A DNA stretch of 64,000 nt. Origin: Vulcanimicrobiota bacterium (GTDB lineage: Bacteria > Vulcanimicrobiota > Xenobia > Xenobiales > JADMJV01). Under the pieces are notes generated by a model. It searched no databases, was not told the origin of the DNA, and saw only the letters and a program-made list of their open reading frames with translations. Shown piece after piece: positions 36,373 through 46,361 of this stretch. The stretch spans positions 1 through 64,000 of the forward strand of contig JBFWNU010000003.1 of NCBI GenBank assembly GCA_050250895.1, given 5' to 3'. A program made the translations under genes and the position numbers. The first letter of the stretch is position 1. Every line of letters starts with the position of its first letter.

Positions 36373-38256
36373 ATGGGGTCAAAGCAGCGCGGCATAGCGT
36401 TTATTTCAGTGCTTTTCGTAGCCCTGGTCGTGACCATGTTCATCGCGGCCGCAGTCAAGCTCGGTCCTCTCAGCGCCGCCGCTGGCGGAGTCAAGTCGGA
36501 CGAGTTGCGGGCCGACGCGGCCGCTGAAGCCGGACTTCAATATGCCATGGCCCGCCTGGCCGAGAATGGCAACTGGCGCGGTGATGGCGACGCCATCATG
36601 GTCGACACGCCGACCCTGACCGTGATTGAGGATCGAGGCAACGTGCTGGGATTGTTGCGAGCCGGGCCCGACGGGCCTCCAGCCCAGTTTCGCATCCGGT
36701 TCAATTATCATGACGGCGGACCGGGCACGGGGCCCAACGACGATGGGCTGGCCGACCCGCAAGCTGCCGGCATGCAGTTCGCCACCCCCTATGTCTCGAT
36801 CAACAACCTGGCTGGGGGCGGCGAGCGCACCGTTCCCCGGGGCGACACCGGAGCAAGCCTGACCGTGAGCGACCCCACCACCGGGCCCTACTCGGTTCCC
36901 GCTTCCCAGGCTGCCGTTCTGGTAGAAGGCCTGGCGGGCACCGGACTCCGCGAGCAGTCGGCCGCAAATCCAGCTCCCGCGGGGCGAGTGGTGCGACGCA
37001 TCCACGAAGCTTATTTTTTGGCCCAGGTCGACGACACTGCCCAGGATGCCTCGATGATGGGCGGGGGTGAGGTCTTGTTTGATCTAGGCACCAACGGAAC
37101 CGTCAAAGTCGACGGCGACAAGAAGTCGACCCCGCCCCGTCTGCGAGCCAAGCAGGAAGTCACGGTCACCGGCACTACCCAGAGCCCCAACCTGATCATG
37201 AACGAGGCCGGCGCCGTGGCCACCCTTTCGGGTAGCCTTCCTAACGCCCTCGGCAATAGCAAGGTAACACCCGAACTCGAAAGTTCGACCGCCGACTTCT
37301 ATAGCCTGACCTGGGGCGACGTCAAGACGGCTGACGAGGCTACCGACCCGGTGCAACTGCCCGGTGGAACCTACGTATGGTGGAGCGAGGACAACAAGCT
37401 TCACTACTATGACATGAGCTGGTCCGACTACAAGACCTATATGGCTAATCCGTCCAACCAGGCCGACCCGGGCACGCCGCTTTCCAACAATCTGAGTGAG
37501 GTTCGCCTCGATAGCGGCACCAGTTCCCTGCTGGGAGGATTTGGTAAGTGGCGGCAGGGCGAAGACGTTCTGATCGTGCCCTCCGCCGACGTTTCCAAGC
37601 AAACGGTAGATTTCGCCGTGGTCCCGCGCAGTGGCTTCAAGACCTCGCCCACCGACACCAGCAACACCATCGATCTCAGTCTCTCGGGCGTCTCTGACTC
37701 GCTGCGCTACGACCAACTGGTCTTCGGTATGGACCCAAAAGCTGGTAGCGGTGATTCTGCCATCCTCTCCACCCAGGAGAACGGTCTGGGGCAGAAGGGC
37801 AATATCATTTTGACCGGAGACTTCAAGTCGAAGAATGGCACCCTCACCTCCGTGGGTGGCATCACCGTAGCCGCTACTGATTTCTCTGGCTATGGCTTCG
37901 GAATCAGCATGTACGCTCAGGGCGACATCGACCTGAGCACCTGGAAGCAGGCCGACGGCAGTTACAAAAAGGTGAATTCAGAAGGGGTCATCTACACCTG
38001 GGGCAACTTCAGCAGCAATAACGGGGTGGGCAGCCCCAACCGGGCCGACTTCAACCTCAAGGGCATCCTGGTGGCCTACGGCAACGACCCATCCAGCGGT
38101 GACGCTGGCGGCCCCGCCGATCTCGACGGCAACATCACCATCACGGCCGACAACGTTCATTTTCAGTGGGACAAAAAGAAGCTGCCCAAGCTGATGAATG
38201 GGCTGAGCCTGTCGACCTACAAAGGCGTTAAACGCACCTACCACACCGTCTACTGA
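36373..38256 (+). CDS. PilX/GspK-like large minor pilin
   Basis: KQRG|IAFISVL (no E5), AAEAGLQYA; leaderless TAGAAT-N6-ATG. Confidence 0.75.
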   Translation: MGSKQRGIAFISVLFVALVVTMFIAAAVKLGPLSAAAGGVKSDELRADAAAEAGLQYAMARLAENGNWRGDGDAIMVDTPTLTVIEDRGNVLGLLRAGPDGPPAQFRIRFNYHDGGPGTGPNDDGLADPQAAGMQFATPYVSINNLAGGGERTVPRGDTGASLTVSDPTTGPYSVPASQAAVLVEGLAGTGLREQSAANPAPAGRVVRRIHEAYFLAQVDDTAQDASMMGGGEVLFDLGTNGTVKVDGDKKSTPPRLRAKQEVTVTGTTQSPNLIMNEAGAVATLSGSLPNALGNSKVTPELESSTADFYSLTWGDVKTADEATDPVQLPGGTYVWWSEDNKLHYYDMSWSDYKTYMANPSNQADPGTPLSNNLSEVRLDSGTSSLLGGFGKWRQGEDVLIVPSADVSKQTVDFAVVPRSGFKTSPTDTSNTIDLSLSGVSDSLRYDQLVFGMDPKAGSGDSAILSTQENGLGQKGNIILTGDFKSKNGTLTSVGGITVAATDFSGYGFGISMYAQGDIDLSTWKQADGSYKKVNSEGVIYTWGNFSSNNGVGSPNRADFNLKGILVAYGNDPSSGDAGGPADLDGNITITADNVHFQWDKKKLPKLMNGLSLSTYKGVKRTYHTVY

Positions 38257-39224
38257 TGAGCTTGCCCCCCTCGGTCCATAACGTGATCCGGTCGAGCCTG
38301 GTGTTGGCCCTGGTAGGCCTGACCATGGTGGGTTTGAGCTACGGCTACAAGTCACGCTCCCAGCCTGGGCCCGCAATGGTGTCACCCCCCGGCCCAACCG
38401 TGCTGACCTTGCAGGGGCGCGTCACTCTCGGCGGAGTGGACGTCCGCCAGCGCCACTACTACGAAGACGCCGAACTCGATGGATTGCCCCTGCTCGAACG
38501 TGGGGGCCATTGGGCTCGCTATGGCGATGGCAAGGTCGAAGTGCTGGTCACTTGCAAGCCGGCCACGGGGTTGGTGGAGGGCATGGTCAGCAACGCCCTT
38601 TGCGAGGACGGAGCGCCGGTGCTCTGGGCCGCCAGCCCGTATCGAGAGCTTCCTCGCCAGGCCGAGTATCGACTTTCGCAGGCCGGCATTCGGCGCGAAA
38701 TCGACGAGAGCGGGAACCTCCGAGTGTTTGCCTGGGGCGACTATCGGGGCCCTCTACCCGGCCAGTCGGGCTGCGCCGCCCTGCTCAAGGCACACGAACA
38801 CCGCGACCTGGCTGCCTTTGAGGCTGCTCTTGACAAGCAGACCGCCAACCTGATCTGGTGCGACGGTCGGGCCTATCTGACTCACCTGGCGCAAGACGCC
38901 GATAACCTCGTTTACGTCCGGGCCCTGCTAAAGGCCGGGGCCGATCCGGGGGCCGACGGGGGTGAAGGCGTGCGCGAGGCCGATCCCGAGACCGCTCGAC
39001 TTCTGCTGGCGGCGGGGGCCCCGCCCGATTTCGCCGACGCTTTCGGACGAACCCGACTGTTTGAGTGCCAGCCTGACCTGGCCAGGATGCTTCTCGACGC
39101 TGGAGCCGACCCGAACCACCGCGACATCTACGAGAGGACCCCGCTGTTCGGGGCCGATGAAGAGCTGGCCAAACTGCTCTTGGAGGCCGGCGCCGATCCA
39201 AGCCTGGCGGATCCGTCTCGGTGA
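38256..39224 (+). CDS. Membrane-anchored ankyrin repeat protein
   Basis: N-terminal TM; repeats LLKAGADP, LLAAGAPP, LLDAGADPN and LLEAGADP. Confidence 0.8.
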   Translation: MSLPPSVHNVIRSSLVLALVGLTMVGLSYGYKSRSQPGPAMVSPPGPTVLTLQGRVTLGGVDVRQRHYYEDAELDGLPLLERGGHWARYGDGKVEVLVTCKPATGLVEGMVSNALCEDGAPVLWAASPYRELPRQAEYRLSQAGIRREIDESGNLRVFAWGDYRGPLPGQSGCAALLKAHEHRDLAAFEAALDKQTANLIWCDGRAYLTHLAQDADNLVYVRALLKAGADPGADGGEGVREADPETARLLLAAGAPPDFADAFGRTRLFECQPDLARMLLDAGADPNHRDIYERTPLFGADEELAKLLLEAGADPSLADPSR

Positions 39225-39337
39225 TAGGCCCGGCTGTGGGCCGGCGGTCGGAGAAAGCGGTCACAGGTTGCCGCTGGCGCTCGAACGAATTCTGAGCGCG
39301 TCCAGGGTCAGGGGGCCGGCGGCTGGAAGCACCCCTG

Positions 39338-39838
39338 GTGAGAAGTTCAATTCAGCTGTTCGTGTTGCTGGTGCTACTGGCTTCCCCGGCCTGGCCGGAG
39401 GGCAGGATCCTGCTGGTGCCGGGCGAGCGGGCCGGCTTGATCGAGCTGGGCAAGCCGATCCCGAGACAGGCTTACGCCACCTACGGGCAACCCAGCTCCC
39501 GCACCGAGCCTGGTGAGGAAGTGGACACCGGTAGTGTGGTTTTTGGGGAGAGCAGCGACTTCCACCTGAGCAAGGGTATGTTGGTCAAGCTCAATGATGG
39601 ACACGAGCGACACAACGTGTTCTCGGTGTATGTCACCGGTCTACGAGCCTACACCCCGGCCGGGGTCTATCTGGGGACGCGCCGCGCCGAGGTCAAGGCG
39701 CGATATCCCGAGGCCGTGGAGGAAGAGGACGCCCTCACCGGCGAGCGGAACCTGAGAATACCGGGGATGCTCTTCTCCTTCTCGGATGATGATCTAGTGG
39801 AAATGGTGGTCCTGCCCATCACCAAACCGACGAAGTGA
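39338..39838 (+). CDS. Hypothetical exported protein
   Basis: Signal peptide ending ASPAWP; 166 aa. Confidence 0.65.
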   Translation: MRSSIQLFVLLVLLASPAWPEGRILLVPGERAGLIELGKPIPRQAYATYGQPSSRTEPGEEVDTGSVVFGESSDFHLSKGMLVKLNDGHERHNVFSVYVTGLRAYTPAGVYLGTRRAEVKARYPEAVEEEDALTGERNLRIPGMLFSFSDDDLVEMVVLPITKPTK

Positions 39839-39928
39839 TTCATTAGAGGCCCCGAGTGTGTTCGGACCTCCCTTCAAAAGGAAAAGGCGGTCCATCGGAC
39901 CGCCCTCGAATCGAGCGACAGCTCAATT

Positions 39929-39986
39929 CGCTCCCTGTCGGCCGCAGGCCGAAGTCTCCGCGGCGAAGCCACGCGGCTCCCCTCTC
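39929..39986. repeat. REP-like element (inverted copy of the 15048-15095 unit)
   Basis: Reverse complement GAGGGGAGCCGC...TTCGGCCTGCGGCCGACAGGGAGCG; lies between convergent genes. Confidence 0.75.
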
Positions 39987-40006
39987 GCCGACGGAGTCGG
40001 CGCTCC

Positions 40007-41218
40007 TTACTTCATTTCGAAGCCGCTGTCGGGAGCCTCGTTGGCGATAGCGTCGATGACCGCTTTGCCCAGCGAGGCCGGGGCGTTGGCGTCTTTGCGT
40101 TTTTCGGCCAGGAAGGCCTGGCGCTTGCTCTCGAGAGCCCGGATCTTGTCTTGGATAGCCTGCCGCTCGCCGGCCTTCTGCTTGACATAGGCCTCGCGCT
40201 CGGCGGTGCTCATGCCTTTCATCTCTTCGGGCAGCTTCTCGTCGTCGAGATTGGCCGCGTCGAGGCGACCGGTCTTCTCGGCGTCGACCAGGTCCCACTC
40301 GGCGTTGCTATAAGCGGGCGAGGCCTTGGCCACGGAGCGGTTGGTGGCCGCACCGGCGGCAGCCGAATTGGTGTCTTGCGCTTCCTGGCGGCTGGAGTAT
40401 TCAGCCCGCTTGCGCCGCTCACCGTAGGGGATGTAGGTGGTGTTGAGCTTGCGTCCCAACTGTTGGATCTCGTCGTCATAGGGGCTGGTGGGGTCGATCA
40501 CGACCTTGTTGTGGTCGATGATCTTGAGTTCGGTGCGGGCCAGATGGGCTGCCTGGCTCCAGGTCAACTGGTCGTTCTGGTTGCCGTTGCTGCAGTAGAT
40601 GGGGTGAATGAGCACGCCCTTTTTGTTGGCTCGGGCCAATACGCTGTCGAAATCGACCGGGCCCTGATAGAAGCTCTCGTTGCCGGCCACGAAGACCAGG
40701 CGCAACGAGCCTTTGCGCTCTTTCCAATAGAGGCCGTCGAGGGCCGAGCGGATGACCCAGGCGCAATACTCCTGGCCGCCGTTGGTCTCGAGCGAGAACA
40801 GCGTCTCGGAGAGCCCGTCGAGGTCCCCGGTCAGCGGCGAGAGTTGGCGGATGTAGCCCTGTTGCGGGCTCAGCGAACTCTTGCCGTATTCATAGAGGGC
40901 CACCTCGAGGCGAGGGATCTGACCTTTGTAACGGGCCTGGCCTAGAGCGTTGACGATGGACCACAGTTCGGCTTTGGCCTGGTCGATGAGGCCCGACATG
41001 CTGCCGCTGGTGTCGAGCAGGATGGCCACCTGGATCACCGGCTTGCCGTCGTCTTCGACCAGGGGCTTGCGGTTCTTCGGGTCGACCTTCTCGGGCAGGT
41101 CCCAACCGTCTTTGGGGTCCTTGGCTTGAGCCAGGTTGTTGGGGTGAGCCCCGGCCATGGCGGCCACCGTCACGGCCGTAAAGGCGATGAGTGTCAAAAA
41201 TTGCAATATTCTCTTCAT
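40007..41218 (-). CDS. Exported von Willebrand factor A domain protein
   Basis: Signal peptide; MIDAS motif LLDTSGSMSG; VAGNE. Confidence 0.85.
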   Translation of the reverse strand: MKRILQFLTLIAFTAVTVAAMAGAHPNNLAQAKDPKDGWDLPEKVDPKNRKPLVEDDGKPVIQVAILLDTSGSMSGLIDQAKAELWSIVNALGQARYKGQIPRLEVALYEYGKSSLSPQQGYIRQLSPLTGDLDGLSETLFSLETNGGQEYCAWVIRSALDGLYWKERKGSLRLVFVAGNESFYQGPVDFDSVLARANKKGVLIHPIYCSNGNQNDQLTWSQAAHLARTELKIIDHNKVVIDPTSPYDDEIQQLGRKLNTTYIPYGERRKRAEYSSRQEAQDTNSAAAGAATNRSVAKASPAYSNAEWDLVDAEKTGRLDAANLDDEKLPEEMKGMSTAEREAYVKQKAGERQAIQDKIRALESKRQAFLAEKRKDANAPASLGKAVIDAIANEAPDSGFEMK

Positions 41219-41325
41219 AACAAAACCCTTTCTGGAACCTACGGCGCAGACCATTAGGAAATTATTCCCGAGGTCGGCAAAACCGTGGCCGGGGGGAAAG
41301 AGGCGAGCCTGGCGAATGGCCCGGC

Positions 41326-42321
41326 GTGAAAAGGCTACGCGTTGTTTCTGTCGGCCTGGGGCCGATCGGTCTGGCCGCCGCCCGGCTGGCGCTCTCGAAG
41401 CGAAATGTCGAGTTAGTGGGGGCCGTCGATGTCGATCCTGCCAAGACAGGCAAAGACCTGGGCGAGTTGCTCGATTCGCCTGACACCGGGGTGGTGATCG
41501 AGGCCGAAGCCAGAGCGGCCTACGAACGACTCAAGCCGGATGCGATCTTGCACTGCACGTCGTCGTTCTTGCCGCGCGTTATCGACCAGCTGGTCGAGGC
41601 GGCCGAGGCAGGGGTGAACGTGGTCTCCTCCACCGAAGAACTGCTGGTGCCAGACTGGCGCCATCCCGAATTGGCCGCGCGCCTGCACCAGGCGGCCCTT
41701 GGGGGTGGGGCGACCGTGGTCGGCACCGGGGTCAACCCCGGCTACGCCATGGATTTTGTGGCCGCGGTCGGCTCGGCCGTTTGTTTTGATGTGCAGTCGG
41801 TCCACTGCCTGCGGGTGGTCGACGCGGGCTCGCGGCGGCTGCCGCTGCAGCAGAAAGTGGGAGCGGGCCTTACGATCGACGAGTTCAAAGCGAGGGAGGC
41901 GGCCGGCGGCTTCGGTCATATCGGCATCGAAGAGTCGGTGGTTCTCCTGGCGCGGGCCCTGGGCTTCGAGCTCGATAGCGTGGAATACGCCCTCGAGCCC
42001 GTGCTCAGCAAAACGACCCGCCAGACACCGTTCTTGACGGTCGAGGCAGGTCGCGTCGCTGGTATTCGAAATTTTGGCTACGGAAGGATCAACGGTTCAA
42101 CCGTTATAGAACTGGACCTGACGATGGCCGTGGGAGCGGATAACCCCCGCGACGAAGTGCGCCTGGCGGGCACTCCCGATCTACACCTTTCCTTCCCAGG
42201 GGGTATACCGGGCGATCTGGCCACGGCAGCGATTCTGGTCAACACGCTGTCTCAGGCCGTCGAAGCTGAGCCAGGTCTCAAGACGGTGCTCGAACTGGCT
42301 CCGCCGCGATTGGTGCGCTAG
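41326..42321 (+). CDS. Dihydrodipicolinate reductase-like / 2,4-diaminopentanoate dehydrogenase family
   Basis: GLGPIG Rossmann fold, NVVSSTEEL, GTGVNPG and GDLATAA. Confidence 0.8.
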   Translation: MKRLRVVSVGLGPIGLAAARLALSKRNVELVGAVDVDPAKTGKDLGELLDSPDTGVVIEAEARAAYERLKPDAILHCTSSFLPRVIDQLVEAAEAGVNVVSSTEELLVPDWRHPELAARLHQAALGGGATVVGTGVNPGYAMDFVAAVGSAVCFDVQSVHCLRVVDAGSRRLPLQQKVGAGLTIDEFKAREAAGGFGHIGIEESVVLLARALGFELDSVEYALEPVLSKTTRQTPFLTVEAGRVAGIRNFGYGRINGSTVIELDLTMAVGADNPRDEVRLAGTPDLHLSFPGGIPGDLATAAILVNTLSQAVEAEPGLKTVLELAPPRLVR

Positions 42322-42686
42322 TCGGTAAACTTGGCTACGGCTGCCCCGATGCCACCGGTGGCGCCGGTGAGAAAACCGAAGGCCAGAGCCGCGTCGCCAC
42401 CACCCACGGCATAACCGATGGCTCCGCCGATGGCGGTCGTCACGGCTGCGGCGGTGGCGATGGCAGCCGTCTTGTTTTCGACCAGGCTGGCCACCGTGGC
42501 GCCGACAGCACCACTGGCTGCTCCAGCCAGAATCACCTTGGGGATGAGGCCGGGGATAGCCTGAGCGACCGGGCTGGTCAGGGCCGGAATGCCGATGAGG
42601 CTTCCTCCGAGAGCGGCCCTGCCTACCGTCGAGGGACGCGGTAGTTTGCTTTTATAAGAAGTTGGCGTGAATCTCTGGATTTGCAT
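42318..42686 (-). CDS. Small Gly/Ala-rich membrane protein
   Basis: 122 aa with GxxxG segments; leaderless TAGAAT-N6-ATG. Confidence 0.7.
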   Translation of the reverse strand: MQIQRFTPTSYKSKLPRPSTVGRAALGGSLIGIPALTSPVAQAIPGLIPKVILAGAASGAVGATVASLVENKTAAIATAAAVTTAIGGAIGYAVGGGDAALAFGFLTGATGGIGAAVAKFTD

Positions 42687-42760
42687 GTTTCAATTCTATT
42701 ATGAACCATTAAAAATTCCCTGAAAGCCGTGGGAAGTCCGTCACAGGAGCGTTAAAGAGG

Positions 42761-43201
42761 CTACTCGACGCGAAAGCTCTCGAGCATCTGCTGGGCCTCG
42801 AGGAAGGCTTCTGAGTCGGTCGACCGACTCGTCACCGTCCACAGAAAGCCTCGCTGGCCCGCCAGCAGAGCGTAGTAGATGCGGTATTGCTCGTCCTTAT
42901 AGAAGACCATCCAGTGGCACGGGACCTCGTTGATGGTGACCGTCTTTTCCTCTTTGAACTCGGACTCTTCTTCTCGCTCGAGAGCGCGCAGGCGCTCCAC
43001 CTCGTCTTCCAGGCTGGTGCCCCGAAAGCCCACGATCTGGATGTGGACATCGTCGCGGCCCAACTCCAGGCCGCGATCGTCGCTGCGAGTATGCAACCAA
43101 TGCTCGGGTACGACCAGGCTAAAACCCGACTTATCGGTCATTCGCTCCTGGGCAAAGCCCGGTAGCAGAAGGAGCAAGACGAGGATCAAAGCGTTTCGCA
43201 T
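42761..43201 (-). CDS. Hypothetical exported protein (PsbP/DcrB-like)
   Basis: Signal peptide; GFSLVVPEHW; C-terminal MLESFRVE. Confidence 0.6.
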   Translation of the reverse strand: MRNALILVLLLLLPGFAQERMTDKSGFSLVVPEHWLHTRSDDRGLELGRDDVHIQIVGFRGTSLEDEVERLRALEREEESEFKEEKTVTINEVPCHWMVFYKDEQYRIYYALLAGQRGFLWTVTSRSTDSEAFLEAQQMLESFRVE

Positions 43202-43223
43202 CGCCGAAGGTTCGGGGTCGGAT

Positions 43224-46200
43224 CTACAGGTCCTCGTTCACCAGTGGGTCGTCGTCGTGGTGGCGCAGCCCGAAATCGTAGAGCAATCCCATCAGGGCCG
43301 GCACGACCGTGGGGGTGAGGATGGTGGAGAGGGTGAGTCCGCCCACCAGCACCACTCCCAGCCCTTGATAGAGTTCGGCGCCTTCCCCGGGGATAGCGGC
43401 CAGGGGCAACATCCCCAGCACCGAGGTGCCGGCCGACATCAGGATGGGGCGCAGCCGGTCACGGGTGGCCTGGCGCAACGACTCGAAATATTCGACTCCC
43501 TGTCGTTGCAACTGCAGGGCTCGGTCCACCAGCAGAATGGCGTTGTTGACCACCACCCCGGTCAGGATGACGAATCCGATGGCCGTGATCATATCCAGGG
43601 CCACGCCTCCGCCGGTGAGATAGATACCGAGCACCAGACAGATGACCGCTCCCATCAGCCCCAGCGGCACGGTGGTCATGATCACGAAAGGATAGACAAA
43701 CGAGCGATAGAGGGCCATCAACAGCAGATACGTGATGAGCAACGAGAAGACGAAGACCGAGAGCAGCTGGGACAGCGTCGAGGCCAGCTGGTCGGCCGAA
43801 CCCGAGATGTAGACCCGGTAGCCACGCGGCAACTGGGCCCGAATGGGGGCGATGACGTTGTTCTCGGCGGCCTCGACGGTGGCTCCCAGGGGGGCGGCCC
43901 GGTCGATGGTGACGGTCTGGGTGATCGAGCGCTCGAGGTTGACGTGATTGATGCGGTCGGGGCCGGTGGTGTCCACGACTTCGGCCACATCTTGAACCTG
44001 CACCCGGCCGCCGCGGGGGGTATTGAGCACCAGCTGGCGCAGGTCCGAGGGCGATTCGACCGAGACTCCCTCGAGCTCGACCACCACGTCCAGGGTCTCT
44101 TTGCCGTCGACGAATTCCGAAGCGAAACGACCGCCGAGGGCGGCCTCGACGGTGGCTGCCAGTTCGGCCGAATCGAGTCCGACTTCCGCCAGCCGAGCTT
44201 GATCGGGAATCACCCTCAGCTCGGGGGCGCCGAAGATATAGTCCGAGCGGACATTGACCACGCCCGGGGTCTGGCGCAGCTCACCGGTGATCTGGCCGTC
44301 GAGTTGAGCCAGCTTCTCGAGGTCAGGGCCCACGATGCGGACCTCGAACTCCTTGCCCGGGTTCTGGAAGATGGGCAAGCGGATGGGAAAGACGAAGCGA
44401 AAGCCGGGAAAGCCGAAGCCCATCGGCATCAGCTTGCCGACGGTGGCCTGCAGATTCGTGCCGTTGGCATACTCGGGCTTGAGTTTCACGCCGATGCCCC
44501 GAAAGCGCCCGTAGACCAGGAAATAGTCGCCGACCATGTCCATCGACTCGAGCACGCGCTTAGGATTTTGGACCAGTTCTTCGGCTTCGGGGATGCTGGT
44601 ACCGGGATACGGTTCCATCAGCCAGAAGATAAGATTGCGGTTGCCCTGAGGCAGATAGTCGGCCGGCGGAAGCAAGAGGTAGGCCACCACCAACAGAGCG
44701 GCACAGCCTCCGAGCACACTCCAGCGCCGACTCTGGCGCTCTTGGCCCAGCGACCATTCGGCGGTGGATTGGAGAAAATCCACCAGCCTTTTCTGATAGA
44801 CGCGAAACCAGCGTGAGGCTCGCGCAGCCAGCCCCGTCAGCCCGCCCGCTTCGCAGTGCAGGTCGACCTCGTCGCGGCTGAGGATAAAGCCTGAAAGCAT
44901 CGGCACCAGGGTGACAGCCGACAGCAGCGAGAGACCGACCGATGAGGCCAGGGTCAGACCCAGAGCGCGAAAGACGCGGCCCGCTTCGCCCTCGACCATC
45001 ACCAGCGGCGTGAAGACTGCCACCGTAGTCAGGGTCGAGGCCAACAGGGCGCCGGCCACCTCTTTGGTTCCTTCGATGGCGGCTCGCACCGGCTTGATGC
45101 CTTCTTCCAGCTTGGTGAAGACGTTCTCGATCACCACGATGGCATTGTCGATGACCATACCCACCGCGAAGGCCAGCCCGGCCAGGGTCAAGATATTGAG
45201 CGTCTGGTGCAGAAAATAGAGCAACAGGAACACGGTGATGATGGTGGTGGGAATGCTGATGGCGCAAACACCCACCGTGCGCAGCGAGCCCAGGAACAGC
45301 AGCAAGACACCGGTGGCCAGCACGCCACCCAGAAAGAGATTCTGCTTGACGAGGGCCACCGATTGGTTGACATAGTCACTCTCGTCATAGGCCGGCCTGA
45401 TCTCGATGGGCTCGCCCCGTTGCTGCAGGCGCGCCTCGAGTTCGGCGAGGGTGATGCGCAAGCGGCGGGAGAGGTCGGGCACGTTGGCCCCCACCTGACG
45501 GATGATGCCCACGGCCGCGGCCGGCTTGCCGTTATACAGAAAAAAGCCATCACGGAATTGCCGGCCCATGTGGGTTTGAGCCACATCGCCCAGATAGACG
45601 ATGCCGTTCTCATCCCGGCGCAGCACGAACTCTTCGAACTGATCGGCGGTGGTGGCCCGGCTTTTGGTGCTCACCCGGTATTCTCGGCGACCGGTGACGA
45701 GCGGGCCGCCGCGCACGTCCCGGTTGGTGCGGCGCAGCAGGTCGGTGACCTGGGTGACCCCGAGCTGGCGCGAGGCCAGTGCCTGGGGGTCGACCACCAC
45801 CTCCATCTCGCGTTTGCGGCCACCCACGATAATGAAGCGGCTGGTCCCTTCGACCCGGCGCAGTTCGGGTACCAGCACCTCTTCGACCAGATCGCGATAG
45901 TGGTCGGCGTCGGATTCGGCCCCCTTGGTGGGGCTCAGAACCACCCACATCACCGCCGAGGCGCCGTTACCGCCGCTGGCGATCTGCACGTCCGACTCGG
46001 TGGCCTCGGCGGGCAGGTCCTGGGCCTGGTTGAGCTTGTTGATCACCTCGATCAACTTGTCGTTGAGATCGACGCTCCAGTCGAACTCGATGGTGATGCT
46101 GCTGGCTCCAAGCTGACTGGAGCTGGTCATCTCTTTGATGCCCTCGACCTCTTCGAGCACATCCTCGAGGGGTCGCGTGATCAGGTCTTCGACCTCGGCC

Positions 46201-46361
46201 GGCCCGGCCCCGGGATAGACCGTGGAAATGCTGATCTCGGGGGTATCGCCACCGGGCTGAAGCTCCATGGGCAGGTTCCACATCGAGAGAAACCCGAACA
46301 GGGCCAGCAGCGAGAACACGGCCAGCGTGCCGTGACGCCAGCGAACGGCTAAATCAATCAT
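43224..46361 (-). CDS. RND efflux permease (AcrB/AcrD/AcrF family)
   Basis: 1045 aa; GMVIDNAIVVIEN, GVVVNNAILL and RLRPILMS motifs. Confidence 0.95.
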   Translation of the reverse strand: MIDLAVRWRHGTLAVFSLLALFGFLSMWNLPMELQPGGDTPEISISTVYPGAGPAEVEDLITRPLEDVLEEVEGIKEMTSSSQLGASSITIEFDWSVDLNDKLIEVINKLNQAQDLPAEATESDVQIASGGNGASAVMWVVLSPTKGAESDADHYRDLVEEVLVPELRRVEGTSRFIIVGGRKREMEVVVDPQALASRQLGVTQVTDLLRRTNRDVRGGPLVTGRREYRVSTKSRATTADQFEEFVLRRDENGIVYLGDVAQTHMGRQFRDGFFLYNGKPAAAVGIIRQVGANVPDLSRRLRITLAELEARLQQRGEPIEIRPAYDESDYVNQSVALVKQNLFLGGVLATGVLLLFLGSLRTVGVCAISIPTTIITVFLLLYFLHQTLNILTLAGLAFAVGMVIDNAIVVIENVFTKLEEGIKPVRAAIEGTKEVAGALLASTLTTVAVFTPLVMVEGEAGRVFRALGLTLASSVGLSLLSAVTLVPMLSGFILSRDEVDLHCEAGGLTGLAARASRWFRVYQKRLVDFLQSTAEWSLGQERQSRRWSVLGGCAALLVVAYLLLPPADYLPQGNRNLIFWLMEPYPGTSIPEAEELVQNPKRVLESMDMVGDYFLVYGRFRGIGVKLKPEYANGTNLQATVGKLMPMGFGFPGFRFVFPIRLPIFQNPGKEFEVRIVGPDLEKLAQLDGQITGELRQTPGVVNVRSDYIFGAPELRVIPDQARLAEVGLDSAELAATVEAALGGRFASEFVDGKETLDVVVELEGVSVESPSDLRQLVLNTPRGGRVQVQDVAEVVDTTGPDRINHVNLERSITQTVTIDRAAPLGATVEAAENNVIAPIRAQLPRGYRVYISGSADQLASTLSQLLSVFVFSLLITYLLLMALYRSFVYPFVIMTTVPLGLMGAVICLVLGIYLTGGGVALDMITAIGFVILTGVVVNNAILLVDRALQLQRQGVEYFESLRQATRDRLRPILMSAGTSVLGMLPLAAIPGEGAELYQGLGVVLVGGLTLSTILTPTVVPALMGLLYDFGLRHHDDDPLVNEDL

